Positions 53,390 through 62,974 of a stretch of 64,000 nucleotides of DNA are shown piece after piece. The stretch spans positions 3,359 through 67,358 of the forward strand of contig CAZRJB010000006.1 of assembly GCA_964600435.1 (NCBI GenBank), given 5' to 3'. How positions within the stretch are numbered: position 1 is the first letter of the stretch; the number at the start of each line of letters is the position of its first letter. The notes beneath the pieces are model-generated. The model saw only the letters and a list, made by a program, of their open reading frames with translations, searched no databases and had not been told where the DNA came from. The DNA is from an uncultured Lachnospiraceae bacterium (GTDB taxonomy: Bacteria; Bacillota; Clostridia; Christensenellales; UBA1242). The translations under genes were made by a program, and so were the position numbers.

Positions 53390-56300
53390 ATGAAAAAATT
53401 GATAAAATCGGTGGTTGCTTTTGCAATTTTTATAATGTTTGGCATGTTGTGCCTTAATGGAGTTTCAGCAAAACAACAAATTGCTGTTTTTGCCGAAGGA
53501 AGTGTAACATTTAGCGCAATAGATGGCACAAACAACAGCAAAGCCAGCGAAAACTACGACAAGGCGATAGACGGCAAAAAATCGGGCAGTGGTTTTACAA
53601 AATGGTGCTACAACATTAGTTCTAATCCATATATTGTTATAAAAGCTTCACAAAGCGTTGTTGCAACTGGTTATGTTTTTACAACCGGAAATGATAATGC
53701 AGACAGCACAAAGGGTGCGGGCAGAAATCCGAGCGATTGGACTCTTTCTGCTTGCAATGACTTTAATCAGTCAACAAAAACCGGAACATGGCAAACACTT
53801 GACACAAAGTCGGATAACACAACCATGCAAGATATAAATTTTAAAGACTACACATTTAACCTGTCTAGCAATAGAAATTTTTATCAATATTACAAATTTC
53901 AGTTCACAGCAGTGCAAGGCAATGTTGAACTATTTCAACTTAGCGAAATAGCGCTCAATTTTTCAACAACTTGCATTGGGCATTCTTACGGCGACTGGGC
54001 AAACGAAGTTCCGGCAACTTGCACAAGCGCAGGCACAAAAGCGCACAAAACTTGTGTATATTGCAACAAAAACTTTGATTCTAGCAATAACGAAATTTTA
54101 GACTTAACCTTGGCAGCAGGGCATTCTTACGGCGACTGGGAAGCCGAAGTTTCTGCAACATGCTCAAGCGCAGGCACAAAGGGTCACAAAACTTGTTTGT
54201 TGTGTAACAAGCATTTTGATGCCGACAACAACGAGATTGCAGACTTAACATTGCCAATTGTTCCAAGCAACCATAGTTATGGCGACTGGGAAGCAGAAAT
54301 TCCTGCAACTTGCACAAACACAGGCACAAAGGCACACAAAACATGTTCATTATGCCACAAGCATTTTGATTCTGACAATGTGGAAATATCTGATTTAACA
54401 TTGCAAAAATTAGATCACGATTGGCAAACCACACAAAGTTTTAATGCAACATGCACAACAGATGCATACGACATTCAAACTTGCAACAATTGTTCAGAAA
54501 CTCAAAAAGTAGAAGGCGAAACAAAAGCAACGGGGCACGTTTCTGACCAAGATGGCAACTGCACTGTTTGTTATGTTCACATTCCAAAAAGCATTGGAAA
54601 CCTGCTTGTTGTTGGTGGGCAGGAAAACGTTGACTATAGGTACTCAACAAGCGAAACCAACACAAATCTTGTTATTTTAACAAACACAAAAATATGGTTG
54701 TCACAAACCGACATCAGCACTCCGATTGTTTGCACAATAAGCGTAGAAAGCACAACTGGTGCAAACATAACTTTGGCTGGAGTTAACATAAACAACTCAA
54801 CAAAAGGAACATCTCCACTTTCAATAAAAAACACAACAACAGGCAATGTTGTTATAACTCTTGAAAATGGCACAACAAACACATTAATAGCGGGTGAAAA
54901 TTGTGCAGGCCTTCAAAAAGTTGGTTCAAGCATTCTTATTATCGACGGCACAGGCACATTAAATGCAACTGGCGGCAAGTGGTCTCCAGGAATTGGTGCA
55001 GACAAAGATAATTTTCCTGGAGAAATTCGTTTTAATGGCGGTGTTATCAATGCCACTTGTGGTGAATATGGTGTTGCCATTGGAAGCGGATACATGGCAG
55101 GAAGAGACGGAAGCACAGCAACAACAACACTAATTTTTAATGGTGGCATTGTCAATGCCGATGCTTCAGATAGTTCAATAACAAGCCAGGCAATTGGTGG
55201 TGTTCGTGCAATCATCACAATTAACGGCGGACTTATAACGGCAGAGAGCGGTTATGGTGGTGCTGCAATTGGCGGAAGCATAAGCGAAGATTATCCAAAA
55301 GTAACAATTTCTGGTGGTTCAATAAGAACAATTGTTAATCCTTATCCATATGGTGCGGATGACCCATATGCAAACGATTTTGGCAAAAACTATCAAGACA
55401 CAACCAAAATTTATGCAAAAAATTCAAATGACAGCAACTTATATTCGTTGGTATTTTTCAATGAAGATGCACTTCCTGTTTATGTTGATGGAGTGGAAAC
55501 AAACATGACAATCCACTCAAGCGGATATTATTTCTTATATTTATATCTTACTGGAGAAGAACATACAATTCAGGCAGGTGATGAACTTTATACATACACA
55601 TTTAATTCTGAAACAGAAAGTTTTACCAAATCTACAACAACAACCACAACGCTTTCAAACGGACTTGTGGTTGAGGGTGATGGAACATATCCATACGAAA
55701 ACACAGATTACACTTTTAATGGCAAAGTTCTAACAATTTTAACAAGCAAAGCAATGAAAATAACCAGCAATGGTGAAGTAAAAAATAGAATTGTTGTTAA
55801 AAAAGATGTTAGTGCAAACTTAACACTTGCTGGTGTTAACATAAACCTTTCTTCAATGCCTGGCGAAAGCGCTTTGTTAATAGAAGACAATAGCACGGCA
55901 ACTGTAACAATAACCTTACAGCAAAACACAATAAACAAACTTGTTAGTGGTGACTTTTGTGCGGGAATTCAAAAAAATGGCAAAACAGGAAACCTTATAA
56001 TTCAAGGGGCTGGCACACTTGTTGCAACAGGTGGAAAAAACTCTGCAGGCATTGGTGGTAGCGATGGTGGTTTTGCAACCGGAATTACTGTTAAAAGCGG
56101 AGTTGTAACAGCAACAGGTGGCAACTTTGGTTCTGGAATTGGTGGCGGAGCATATCACACAGCAACAAACATTTCAATTTCTGGTGGCTCGGTTAAAGCG
56201 GTTGGCAAAGATGGTGCTTCTAGCATTGGCTATGGCTATTTGGGTGGCATGGCTTGCATTCCACAAAATGATGCTTCTTCAAACGTATATTTGCTTGTTG

Positions 56301-59300
56301 TGGCAAATCAAAATGATTCAACAGTTACAATAGACGGCGAAGCATATGCCATAAAAAATCATAGCAATGCAGACTCTTCAGACAAAAATTTATATGTGTA
56401 TTTAACCGGTGAAGACCATAACATTACAGTTGGCGAAAACACATTTGTGTATCACTACAATAATCAGTTTATTCTTTGTGCGGCTAGCGAAACAATCAAT
56501 AAAGATGAAACACAACACTGGTTTGGTTGTGTTCATGAAACCTGCACAACAAAACATTCAGCGGTGGCACATTCATATACCGAAGAAATTGCTTCGGAAA
56601 CCTATTTAAAAACATCTGCAACATGCACAGAATTGGCTGTTTATTACAAATCTTGCATTTGTGGCGAATTTTCTACCAGTTCAAGTTCAACCTTTACACA
56701 TGGAGAATTAGAACCACACGACTATGACAAAACCACATGGCTTAAAAGCGAAACTGAGCATTATTACAAATGTAAAAATTGTAATGCACAAACAGATAAT
56801 CAAACTCACGCTTATTCTAATTCTTGCGATGTAGATTGTGCAATTTGTGGCTATGAACGTTCAAACATAACTCACGATTTTGTGGATTATTGGACTGCAT
56901 CTTCAACAGGTTCTGGGCATTATCATGTTTGTAGATATTGTGACGAAACCACCGATGAAGTGGCACACAACTATGTTTGGATTGTTGCGGATGACAACAC
57001 AAAACACATAAAACGTTGCACAGATTGTTACCATAAAGACAACTCTTCTTTGGCTGTTCATACCTATAAGTACACAAACGACACAAACTATCACTGGCAA
57101 CAATGCACACTTTGTGGAAAAGAAGGAATAAAATATTCTCACTCATACGATAACTATTGCGACTCAATCTGCAATCAAGAAGGCTGCGGATATGACAGAC
57201 AACGCACTCCACACGAAGACATATATTACACTCACGGTGATGAATATCACAAAAAACGTTGCAGTAGATGTAATACTATTTTGCTAGAAGAACCACACAA
57301 CATGCAAATGCACTCAGACGGTTATTATCACTGGGGTGAATGTGTTTGTGGATTTTCAACAGAGCCAATAAGGCATAGATACGAAAACGATACTTCAACA
57401 ACTTGTAGAATTTGCAATCATGAACGTCTGCAAAAAATTGAAAATGTTGAATATACACTCTCTGGCTACACATTAAATGGAAAAATTGGCGAACTTACAA
57501 TTGCTCCATCAACTGCCAATGGTTTAAAATGGGACGACGAATATTGCATATATTGGGAGTATTGGTGGGTGGTTACAGACCTAGATGCATATTTTAATTC
57601 AAATGACTGGGAAAATTACGTTGTTGACCAATCAGAAAATGCATATTTTGCACCAAATCAAGATTATTGGCTAGGTTTCTATTTGTATCCAGAAGACGAT
57701 TTTGATTTATTTTCTTTAAACAGTGCAAGCATCAAGGTTGGCGGAATTGAACACATGTATTTATATGTTGATTATAACTATGGTTCACCTTATGCATATG
57801 CCTATGTTCAATTGCCTAAACTAACGGGCAATAACACAGTCACTGCAATAACTCAACTAGAATACACACTTTTGGGGACAACCATTGGTTCACCAGCAAC
57901 AGGTCTAACCTTGCAAGCAGATGCAAGCAACACAACAACCAACATTGAAATATATGTGTATAATAATTGTGATTATGATAATCCAATAACCGACAGCACT
58001 GTTATGTTTGATGATTCTTGTTGGGATGCAGACATATATATAAAAGCTCCAGAAAACTATTCTTTTGTTGGCTTTACTCAAGATATGTTAACAATAAACA
58101 ACTTGGAAGGCAACTACGAACTGACAGTGTCTGCTGGTGGTGGAATGCTAAAAATATATTGTTCACTTTTGCCTGTTTTGGATTCAACTCACCAACATCA
58201 AACAAGCACTTATGGCATAGACTCAAACACACACATAACAACTTGTGAAATTTGTAACAAAACAATATCAACAGGCATCCATTCGTACACAAATGATAGC
58301 GATGAAGATTGCAATGTGTGTGGATATCATAGAATTATGTATATTAACAGTGTTGAACTAACACTAACTGGTTACGAACTGGGTTCTAGCATTAATCAAA
58401 TTGCAGTTTCACCAACTTCAACTTTGGGCTTAGATTGGGACGAACCAGAATATTATAAAGATTGGGTTGTATGTTGCAACATAGATTCTAACAACGGAAT
58501 TGTTGAAAAAGAAGATTACGGTGTGTTTATAACAGGTAAAGAATATTGGCTTATGGTAAATTTGTCTGCTTATCCTTACAACTATAAGTTTAGTGATGAT
58601 TTTTCAGAACAAAACATAACTTTGGTTTGTGTTGGCACTCCAGAATACATTTACGGCTCAAACAGCTATCAAATGGCATACTTTAAACTTCCAACATTAA
58701 CAGGAAACGACCCAACACAAAAAATATCTAATTTGGAAATTTCTCTTTCAAATTATCAAGTGGATGAGTTAATAAAAAACACAACTTTTGTTTATGACTC
58801 AAACAAAATTAAATCAATAGAAATTTCATTATTGCAAGACAATGGCAGAACAATCAACATGCAATCAGACGAAAAATATTTTGCTTCTGGCAAATATGTT
58901 CTATCATTTTTAATAACAGCAAACACAGGCTACACTTTTGACGGATTTACTTTACAAAATCTTTCTTTTGCAAATGCCACAGAAGACGTGACAATTGTTG
59001 TTGGTGCAGGTGGTGGATATGTGTATGTTAGAAGCACATTAAAAACTCTTGCTGGTGAGCATACTTGTGATTTTACTTCAACTTATTGGTATACAGACAC
59101 AGCGCATTACAATCGCTGTTCATATTGTTCGGCAAAAACCAATGTTCAAAATCACGTTTATGACAACGACGAAGATATAACATGTGACACATGTAATTAT
59201 GTTAGAAGACTTTATGTGGAAGAAATAGAGTTTGAAATTGTAGGTTATGAATATAACAACCTTATATCAAACATGTATTTAACCACAAATTCAAAAGGAG

Positions 59301-62300
59301 TTGACAACACAAAATATGCAGTGTATGGCATTTCACATGTAATAACTCAAGATTCAAATGCAACAAGTGGAATGGCGAAAGAGTACATTGAAGACGATTT
59401 TGAAACAAAATTCCAAAGATTAACTCAATACTACATCATGATTGAACTATATCCAAAAACAAATTATTATTACAAAGATATGAAATTATCCAGTTTATCT
59501 TTGGGTGGCTATAAGGCAGTTTACTATTCTGCACCATCTTCTTCAATATGGGGCAAAACTGGTTTGGCAGTGTTTAAACTACCATACTTATCCGAAGAGC
59601 ATGAACATGTCGGAACATGGGAAACCGAAGTGCCTGCAACATGCTCAAGCACAGGCACAAAGGCGCACTACGAATGCACAACTTGTCACAAAAATTTTGA
59701 TGAAAACAATGTTGAAATTTTTGACTTGACAATTGAAATAAATCCAGACAACCATAAAGATAGTGAATATTTGCACGATGATGAAAAACACTGGAAAATT
59801 TGTCCAGATTGTGGAACAAAAATTTTAGAAAAAGCACATCATGGTGGAAATGTTGTAAACGGACAAAAGAAAAAATGTGAGGATTGTCAAACAAGTTATG
59901 GCAAATATATGATAACCTCGCTAGACTTTAAATTGACAGGATATGAAGTAAACAAAAAAATAACAGACATCACATTAAGTTTGGAAGGTGGGGATTGTGG
60001 AATTGATTTCACGAAACACTCATATGATAGAGACACTGGCTGGTTTGTTATAACCGACATAAACAGATTCTATAACGATACGTGGTGGGAGAGAGATTAT
60101 TTTCTTTATGTTATTGATGACCCTGACGAAAATGGTTGGTTCTTGCCAAACACTCGTTATTATTTGTATGTTAGATTCCGTTTCTTTAACAATGACGAAT
60201 ATGACTATTCAATGATTGATTGTGTAAACGATTATTTAATCAACGGGCAATCCGGCGAAGGTCAATTTGCAAACACGGGATATTTTGTGCAAAACTACTT
60301 TATTTTGAACAAACTTTCTGGAACAAGCACGGTTGCCAAGGCATCGGCAGTAGATTTGCAACTAAACGGCCATGCCGAAAATGCAGTTATAACCAGCACA
60401 AGTTTAACCGAAACATCTGCAACTCCAATGCTTAGCAAAGCACCAAGCATTAATATTTATAAAGATGGAACAGTTGTAACCGACAACACAATTGTTTATG
60501 ACACAACTTCTCGTTTTACATTTGATATAACATTAACAGCAAAATCTGGTTATACATTTGAAGGGTTTACAGTTCAAGATGTTTCTATAGATGGAATTGG
60601 CAACCCCGACACAATAAAAATTTCTGCAAGTGGTGGAAAACTTTTTGCAACATTCAGAATGCCATCGTTAATGGGTGAACACGAACACACCTATGGTGAT
60701 TGGCAAACAGACAAAAAATCCCACTGGCACGAATGCTCTCTTTGTTTTGAGCATTTGCACAAGGCTGAGCATGTTTATGATGACGGCGCAGGCGAAATTT
60801 GTAACATTTGTAGCTATGCTCGAACTTTCTATATTGAACAAATTCAATTTAACATAGATGGTTACGAGGTTGATGAATTAATTACAGATGTTTCAATTTC
60901 TGCAACATCACTTAACAATGGGGCGGTTTGGAAAAACTCAGGAAAATATGGAGTTAATTTTGACTATGTTATAACATCATATTATTCATATAGCCAAAAC
61001 AGAAAAGACTATGTGGACACAAACCTTGTTGCATATTTTATGCCAAACATTGAATACACACTGTTCTTACACATCTACACAAAAAATGGCAACTATTCTT
61101 TTGATAATATTAGTTACACGGGACTAACGCTAAACAATGCTAAGTATAGAACACATAGTGTAACAAAATACGGCGACATTCAAGACTTGTATGTTGTGTT
61201 TGACTTAAATAAATTAACCACAAAAAGCGAGATTGCAAAAGCACCAAAGCAAACATTTGCCTTGACGGGTTACGCTAATGGTTCACTTATTAACGATGCA
61301 GTTTTATCTTTAGTGGGAGAAACCTGTGGAACAGAAATTGTTTCCGCAAAATTTGTTCAAAACAATGTTGAAATTGCTTCAACAAGCACAGAATGTTTTG
61401 ACCAAACCAAAAAAATTCAAATTAAAGTTGTGTTGGGAATAACAGGAAGATATACATTCTTTGGTTTTACACAAGACGACCTTGCTCTTGCTGATGGTTA
61501 TAGGTTTAGCAATATTGAAATAAACACAAGCGGAAGCCAAATATCATTTACCATAACAGCAAAATCTTTAATGGGTGAACACGAACACACTTATGGAGAA
61601 TGGCAAACAGACAACAACACTCACTGGCACGAATGTAATAAATGTTTTGCATATGTCGACAATGGCAATCACGTGTTTAGCAACGACAGTGACACAACGT
61701 GTGACACTTGCGGATATAAAAGAAAACTTTCGATTAAATCCATCACATTGACTTTAACTGGTTATGTTTATGGGAATACTGTTTCAAAAATAACTCTTAT
61801 GCCAATTGAATCTCAAAAATTATATGTTGAATGTGGAAGCTATGGCGAAACCTTTTTCTTTGCCACAGATGAAAGCGTTTTGGAACTAGAAGAAGAATCT
61901 ATTATTATTGACACTTCATACACATTAGGTGAAGGAATTGAGTACTATATTTTTGCATTAGTTGCCATTGCATCAGAAGATTACACTCTTGAAAACTTAT
62001 CTTCAATTAGCATTCAAAATTTTGGAGAGGCAGTTGAAATTTTGCCTTTTGATGAAGCTGAGTGTTTTGTGTTCTTTAAGTTGCCAAAACTTTCTTCACA
62101 CACTCATAGTGGAACTTGGGTAACCGAAGTGCCCGCAACATGCACAAGCACCGGCACAAAAGCACACAAAACTTGTTTGTTGTGTAACAAGCATTTTGAT
62201 TCTGACAACAACGAGATTGCAGACTTAACACTGCCTGCTTTAGGACATGATTTTGGAAAGTGGAATGAAGAAGTTCCGGCAACAAACTCCACCGATGGTA

Positions 62301-62548
62301 CAAAGGCACACAAAACATGTTCATTATGCCACAAGCATTTTGATGAAAACGACAACGAAATTGTTGATTTAAAAATTCAAAAATTGTCAAATCCAGAACA
62401 AAACAATGGGCTTTCGACGGGTGCAATTGTAGCAATAGCAATTTCAAGCACAGTTGTGGTAAGTTATGGCGGATTTGTGGTTTATTGGTGTGTAATCAAA
62501 AAAAGAAAGTTTAAGAAAATGTTTTCCATTTTTAAAAAGAAAAAATAA
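53390..62548 (+). CDS. 3,052-aa modular surface protein: signal peptide, discoidin-like domain, Cys-rich repeats, two beta-helix-like regions, His/Cys array, six ~300-aa modules, C-terminal TM anchor
   Basis: The signal peptide is MKKLIKSVVAFAIFIMFGMLCLNGVSA. The F5/8-type-C-like pattern is AIDGKKSGSGFTKWCY...RNPSDWTLSACND...YYKFQF...LSEIAL. Repeats resemble EVPATCTSAGTKAHKTCxxCxKxFD. Gly-rich turns (AGIGGS, GSGIGGG) mark the beta-helix-like regions. The C-terminal TM is GAIVAIAISSTVVVSYGGFVVYWCVI followed by KKRKFKK. Confidence 0.85.
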   Translation: MKKLIKSVVAFAIFIMFGMLCLNGVSAKQQIAVFAEGSVTFSAIDGTNNSKASENYDKAIDGKKSGSGFTKWCYNISSNPYIVIKASQSVVATGYVFTTGNDNADSTKGAGRNPSDWTLSACNDFNQSTKTGTWQTLDTKSDNTTMQDINFKDYTFNLSSNRNFYQYYKFQFTAVQGNVELFQLSEIALNFSTTCIGHSYGDWANEVPATCTSAGTKAHKTCVYCNKNFDSSNNEILDLTLAAGHSYGDWEAEVSATCSSAGTKGHKTCLLCNKHFDADNNEIADLTLPIVPSNHSYGDWEAEIPATCTNTGTKAHKTCSLCHKHFDSDNVEISDLTLQKLDHDWQTTQSFNATCTTDAYDIQTCNNCSETQKVEGETKATGHVSDQDGNCTVCYVHIPKSIGNLLVVGGQENVDYRYSTSETNTNLVILTNTKIWLSQTDISTPIVCTISVESTTGANITLAGVNINNSTKGTSPLSIKNTTTGNVVITLENGTTNTLIAGENCAGLQKVGSSILIIDGTGTLNATGGKWSPGIGADKDNFPGEIRFNGGVINATCGEYGVAIGSGYMAGRDGSTATTTLIFNGGIVNADASDSSITSQAIGGVRAIITINGGLITAESGYGGAAIGGSISEDYPKVTISGGSIRTIVNPYPYGADDPYANDFGKNYQDTTKIYAKNSNDSNLYSLVFFNEDALPVYVDGVETNMTIHSSGYYFLYLYLTGEEHTIQAGDELYTYTFNSETESFTKSTTTTTTLSNGLVVEGDGTYPYENTDYTFNGKVLTILTSKAMKITSNGEVKNRIVVKKDVSANLTLAGVNINLSSMPGESALLIEDNSTATVTITLQQNTINKLVSGDFCAGIQKNGKTGNLIIQGAGTLVATGGKNSAGIGGSDGGFATGITVKSGVVTATGGNFGSGIGGGAYHTATNISISGGSVKAVGKDGASSIGYGYLGGMACIPQNDASSNVYLLVVANQNDSTVTIDGEAYAIKNHSNADSSDKNLYVYLTGEDHNITVGENTFVYHYNNQFILCAASETINKDETQHWFGCVHETCTTKHSAVAHSYTEEIASETYLKTSATCTELAVYYKSCICGEFSTSSSSTFTHGELEPHDYDKTTWLKSETEHYYKCKNCNAQTDNQTHAYSNSCDVDCAICGYERSNITHDFVDYWTASSTGSGHYHVCRYCDETTDEVAHNYVWIVADDNTKHIKRCTDCYHKDNSSLAVHTYKYTNDTNYHWQQCTLCGKEGIKYSHSYDNYCDSICNQEGCGYDRQRTPHEDIYYTHGDEYHKKRCSRCNTILLEEPHNMQMHSDGYYHWGECVCGFSTEPIRHRYENDTSTTCRICNHERLQKIENVEYTLSGYTLNGKIGELTIAPSTANGLKWDDEYCIYWEYWWVVTDLDAYFNSNDWENYVVDQSENAYFAPNQDYWLGFYLYPEDDFDLFSLNSASIKVGGIEHMYLYVDYNYGSPYAYAYVQLPKLTGNNTVTAITQLEYTLLGTTIGSPATGLTLQADASNTTTNIEIYVYNNCDYDNPITDSTVMFDDSCWDADIYIKAPENYSFVGFTQDMLTINNLEGNYELTVSAGGGMLKIYCSLLPVLDSTHQHQTSTYGIDSNTHITTCEICNKTISTGIHSYTNDSDEDCNVCGYHRIMYINSVELTLTGYELGSSINQIAVSPTSTLGLDWDEPEYYKDWVVCCNIDSNNGIVEKEDYGVFITGKEYWLMVNLSAYPYNYKFSDDFSEQNITLVCVGTPEYIYGSNSYQMAYFKLPTLTGNDPTQKISNLEISLSNYQVDELIKNTTFVYDSNKIKSIEISLLQDNGRTINMQSDEKYFASGKYVLSFLITANTGYTFDGFTLQNLSFANATEDVTIVVGAGGGYVYVRSTLKTLAGEHTCDFTSTYWYTDTAHYNRCSYCSAKTNVQNHVYDNDEDITCDTCNYVRRLYVEEIEFEIVGYEYNNLISNMYLTTNSKGVDNTKYAVYGISHVITQDSNATSGMAKEYIEDDFETKFQRLTQYYIMIELYPKTNYYYKDMKLSSLSLGGYKAVYYSAPSSSIWGKTGLAVFKLPYLSEEHEHVGTWETEVPATCSSTGTKAHYECTTCHKNFDENNVEIFDLTIEINPDNHKDSEYLHDDEKHWKICPDCGTKILEKAHHGGNVVNGQKKKCEDCQTSYGKYMITSLDFKLTGYEVNKKITDITLSLEGGDCGIDFTKHSYDRDTGWFVITDINRFYNDTWWERDYFLYVIDDPDENGWFLPNTRYYLYVRFRFFNNDEYDYSMIDCVNDYLINGQSGEGQFANTGYFVQNYFILNKLSGTSTVAKASAVDLQLNGHAENAVITSTSLTETSATPMLSKAPSINIYKDGTVVTDNTIVYDTTSRFTFDITLTAKSGYTFEGFTVQDVSIDGIGNPDTIKISASGGKLFATFRMPSLMGEHEHTYGDWQTDKKSHWHECSLCFEHLHKAEHVYDDGAGEICNICSYARTFYIEQIQFNIDGYEVDELITDVSISATSLNNGAVWKNSGKYGVNFDYVITSYYSYSQNRKDYVDTNLVAYFMPNIEYTLFLHIYTKNGNYSFDNISYTGLTLNNAKYRTHSVTKYGDIQDLYVVFDLNKLTTKSEIAKAPKQTFALTGYANGSLINDAVLSLVGETCGTEIVSAKFVQNNVEIASTSTECFDQTKKIQIKVVLGITGRYTFFGFTQDDLALADGYRFSNIEINTSGSQISFTITAKSLMGEHEHTYGEWQTDNNTHWHECNKCFAYVDNGNHVFSNDSDTTCDTCGYKRKLSIKSITLTLTGYVYGNTVSKITLMPIESQKLYVECGSYGETFFFATDESVLELEEESIIIDTSYTLGEGIEYYIFALVAIASEDYTLENLSSISIQNFGEAVEILPFDEAECFVFFKLPKLSSHTHSGTWVTEVPATCTSTGTKAHKTCLLCNKHFDSDNNEIADLTLPALGHDFGKWNEEVPATNSTDGTKAHKTCSLCHKHFDENDNEIVDLKIQKLSNPEQNNGLSTGAIVAIAISSTVVVSYGGFVVYWCVIKKRKFKKMFSIFKKKK
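54185..54255 (+). repeat. Intragenic near-identical repeat, N-terminal copy
   Basis: It is 71 nt with 3 mismatches to 62165..62235. The offset is 7,980 nt, a multiple of 3. Confidence 0.85.
62165..62235 (+). repeat. Intragenic near-identical repeat, C-terminal copy
   Basis: See 54185..54255. A second pair, 54326..54370 and 62300..62344, is 45 nt identical at an offset of 7,974 nt. Confidence 0.85.
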
Positions 62549-62652
62549 ATAACAATAAATTGTGTCATTTTTTAAAATTCACAGACCAATAAGAATAAAG
62601 CAATAAGATTTAATTGTTGTTTCAAAATGTAATATATTCCATTTTTAAAAAA

Positions 62653-62712
62653 TTGTTGTTATAGCAAAGCAAATTTCATAAGATTCGCTTTGCCTAGGCA
62701 ACAATTTTTTTT
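62653..62712 (+). terminator. Terminator after the 3,052-aa gene
   Basis: A long interrupted hairpin (TTGTTG...TAGCAAAGC / GCTTTGCCTA...CAACAA) is followed by TTTTTTTT. Confidence 0.65.
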
Positions 62713-62841
62713 ACGTTGAGTAGTTTAGCTTTTTGTGTAATAAAAAACTTTTCTTAAGCAATATTAACATTTTTTGAGCATTAAGCAAGAAATGGATGTG
62801 TGTGTATATATGTTTAATTTTGTTAATTTTTATAAAAATAG

Positions 62842-62870
62842 TTGACTTTAGGGTTAATTTTTAATACTAT
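62842..62870 (+). promoter_or_regulatory. Promoter of the 199-aa paralogue gene
   Basis: TTGACT (62842..62847), a 17-nt spacer, then TACTAT (62865..62870). Confidence 0.55.
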
Positions 62871-62974
62871 ATGTACAGCAATTAGAAGGTGAGTATTGCT
62901 CCAAATGTTAAACAACTTTAGGGGCATACTCAAAATTGTAATTTTTTTCATAAATTAATAAGGAGGAGATAAAT

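Noticed and set aside
54081-62447. Numerous 60-130-aa minus-strand ORFs inside the 3,052-aa gene, and similar plus- and minus-strand ORFs inside 3632..9622
   Set aside because: They are shadow ORFs inside a long, clearly coding frame. Several merely mirror the Cys-repeat DNA, and none has an RBS or an independent signal.
62893-62962. 17-codon upstream ORF (MLNNFRGILKIVIFFIN*) in the leader of the 199-aa gene, ending at the main RBS
   Set aside because: It has no RBS of its own. In AT-rich leaders such mini-ORFs arise by chance, so it is noted only as a possibility.
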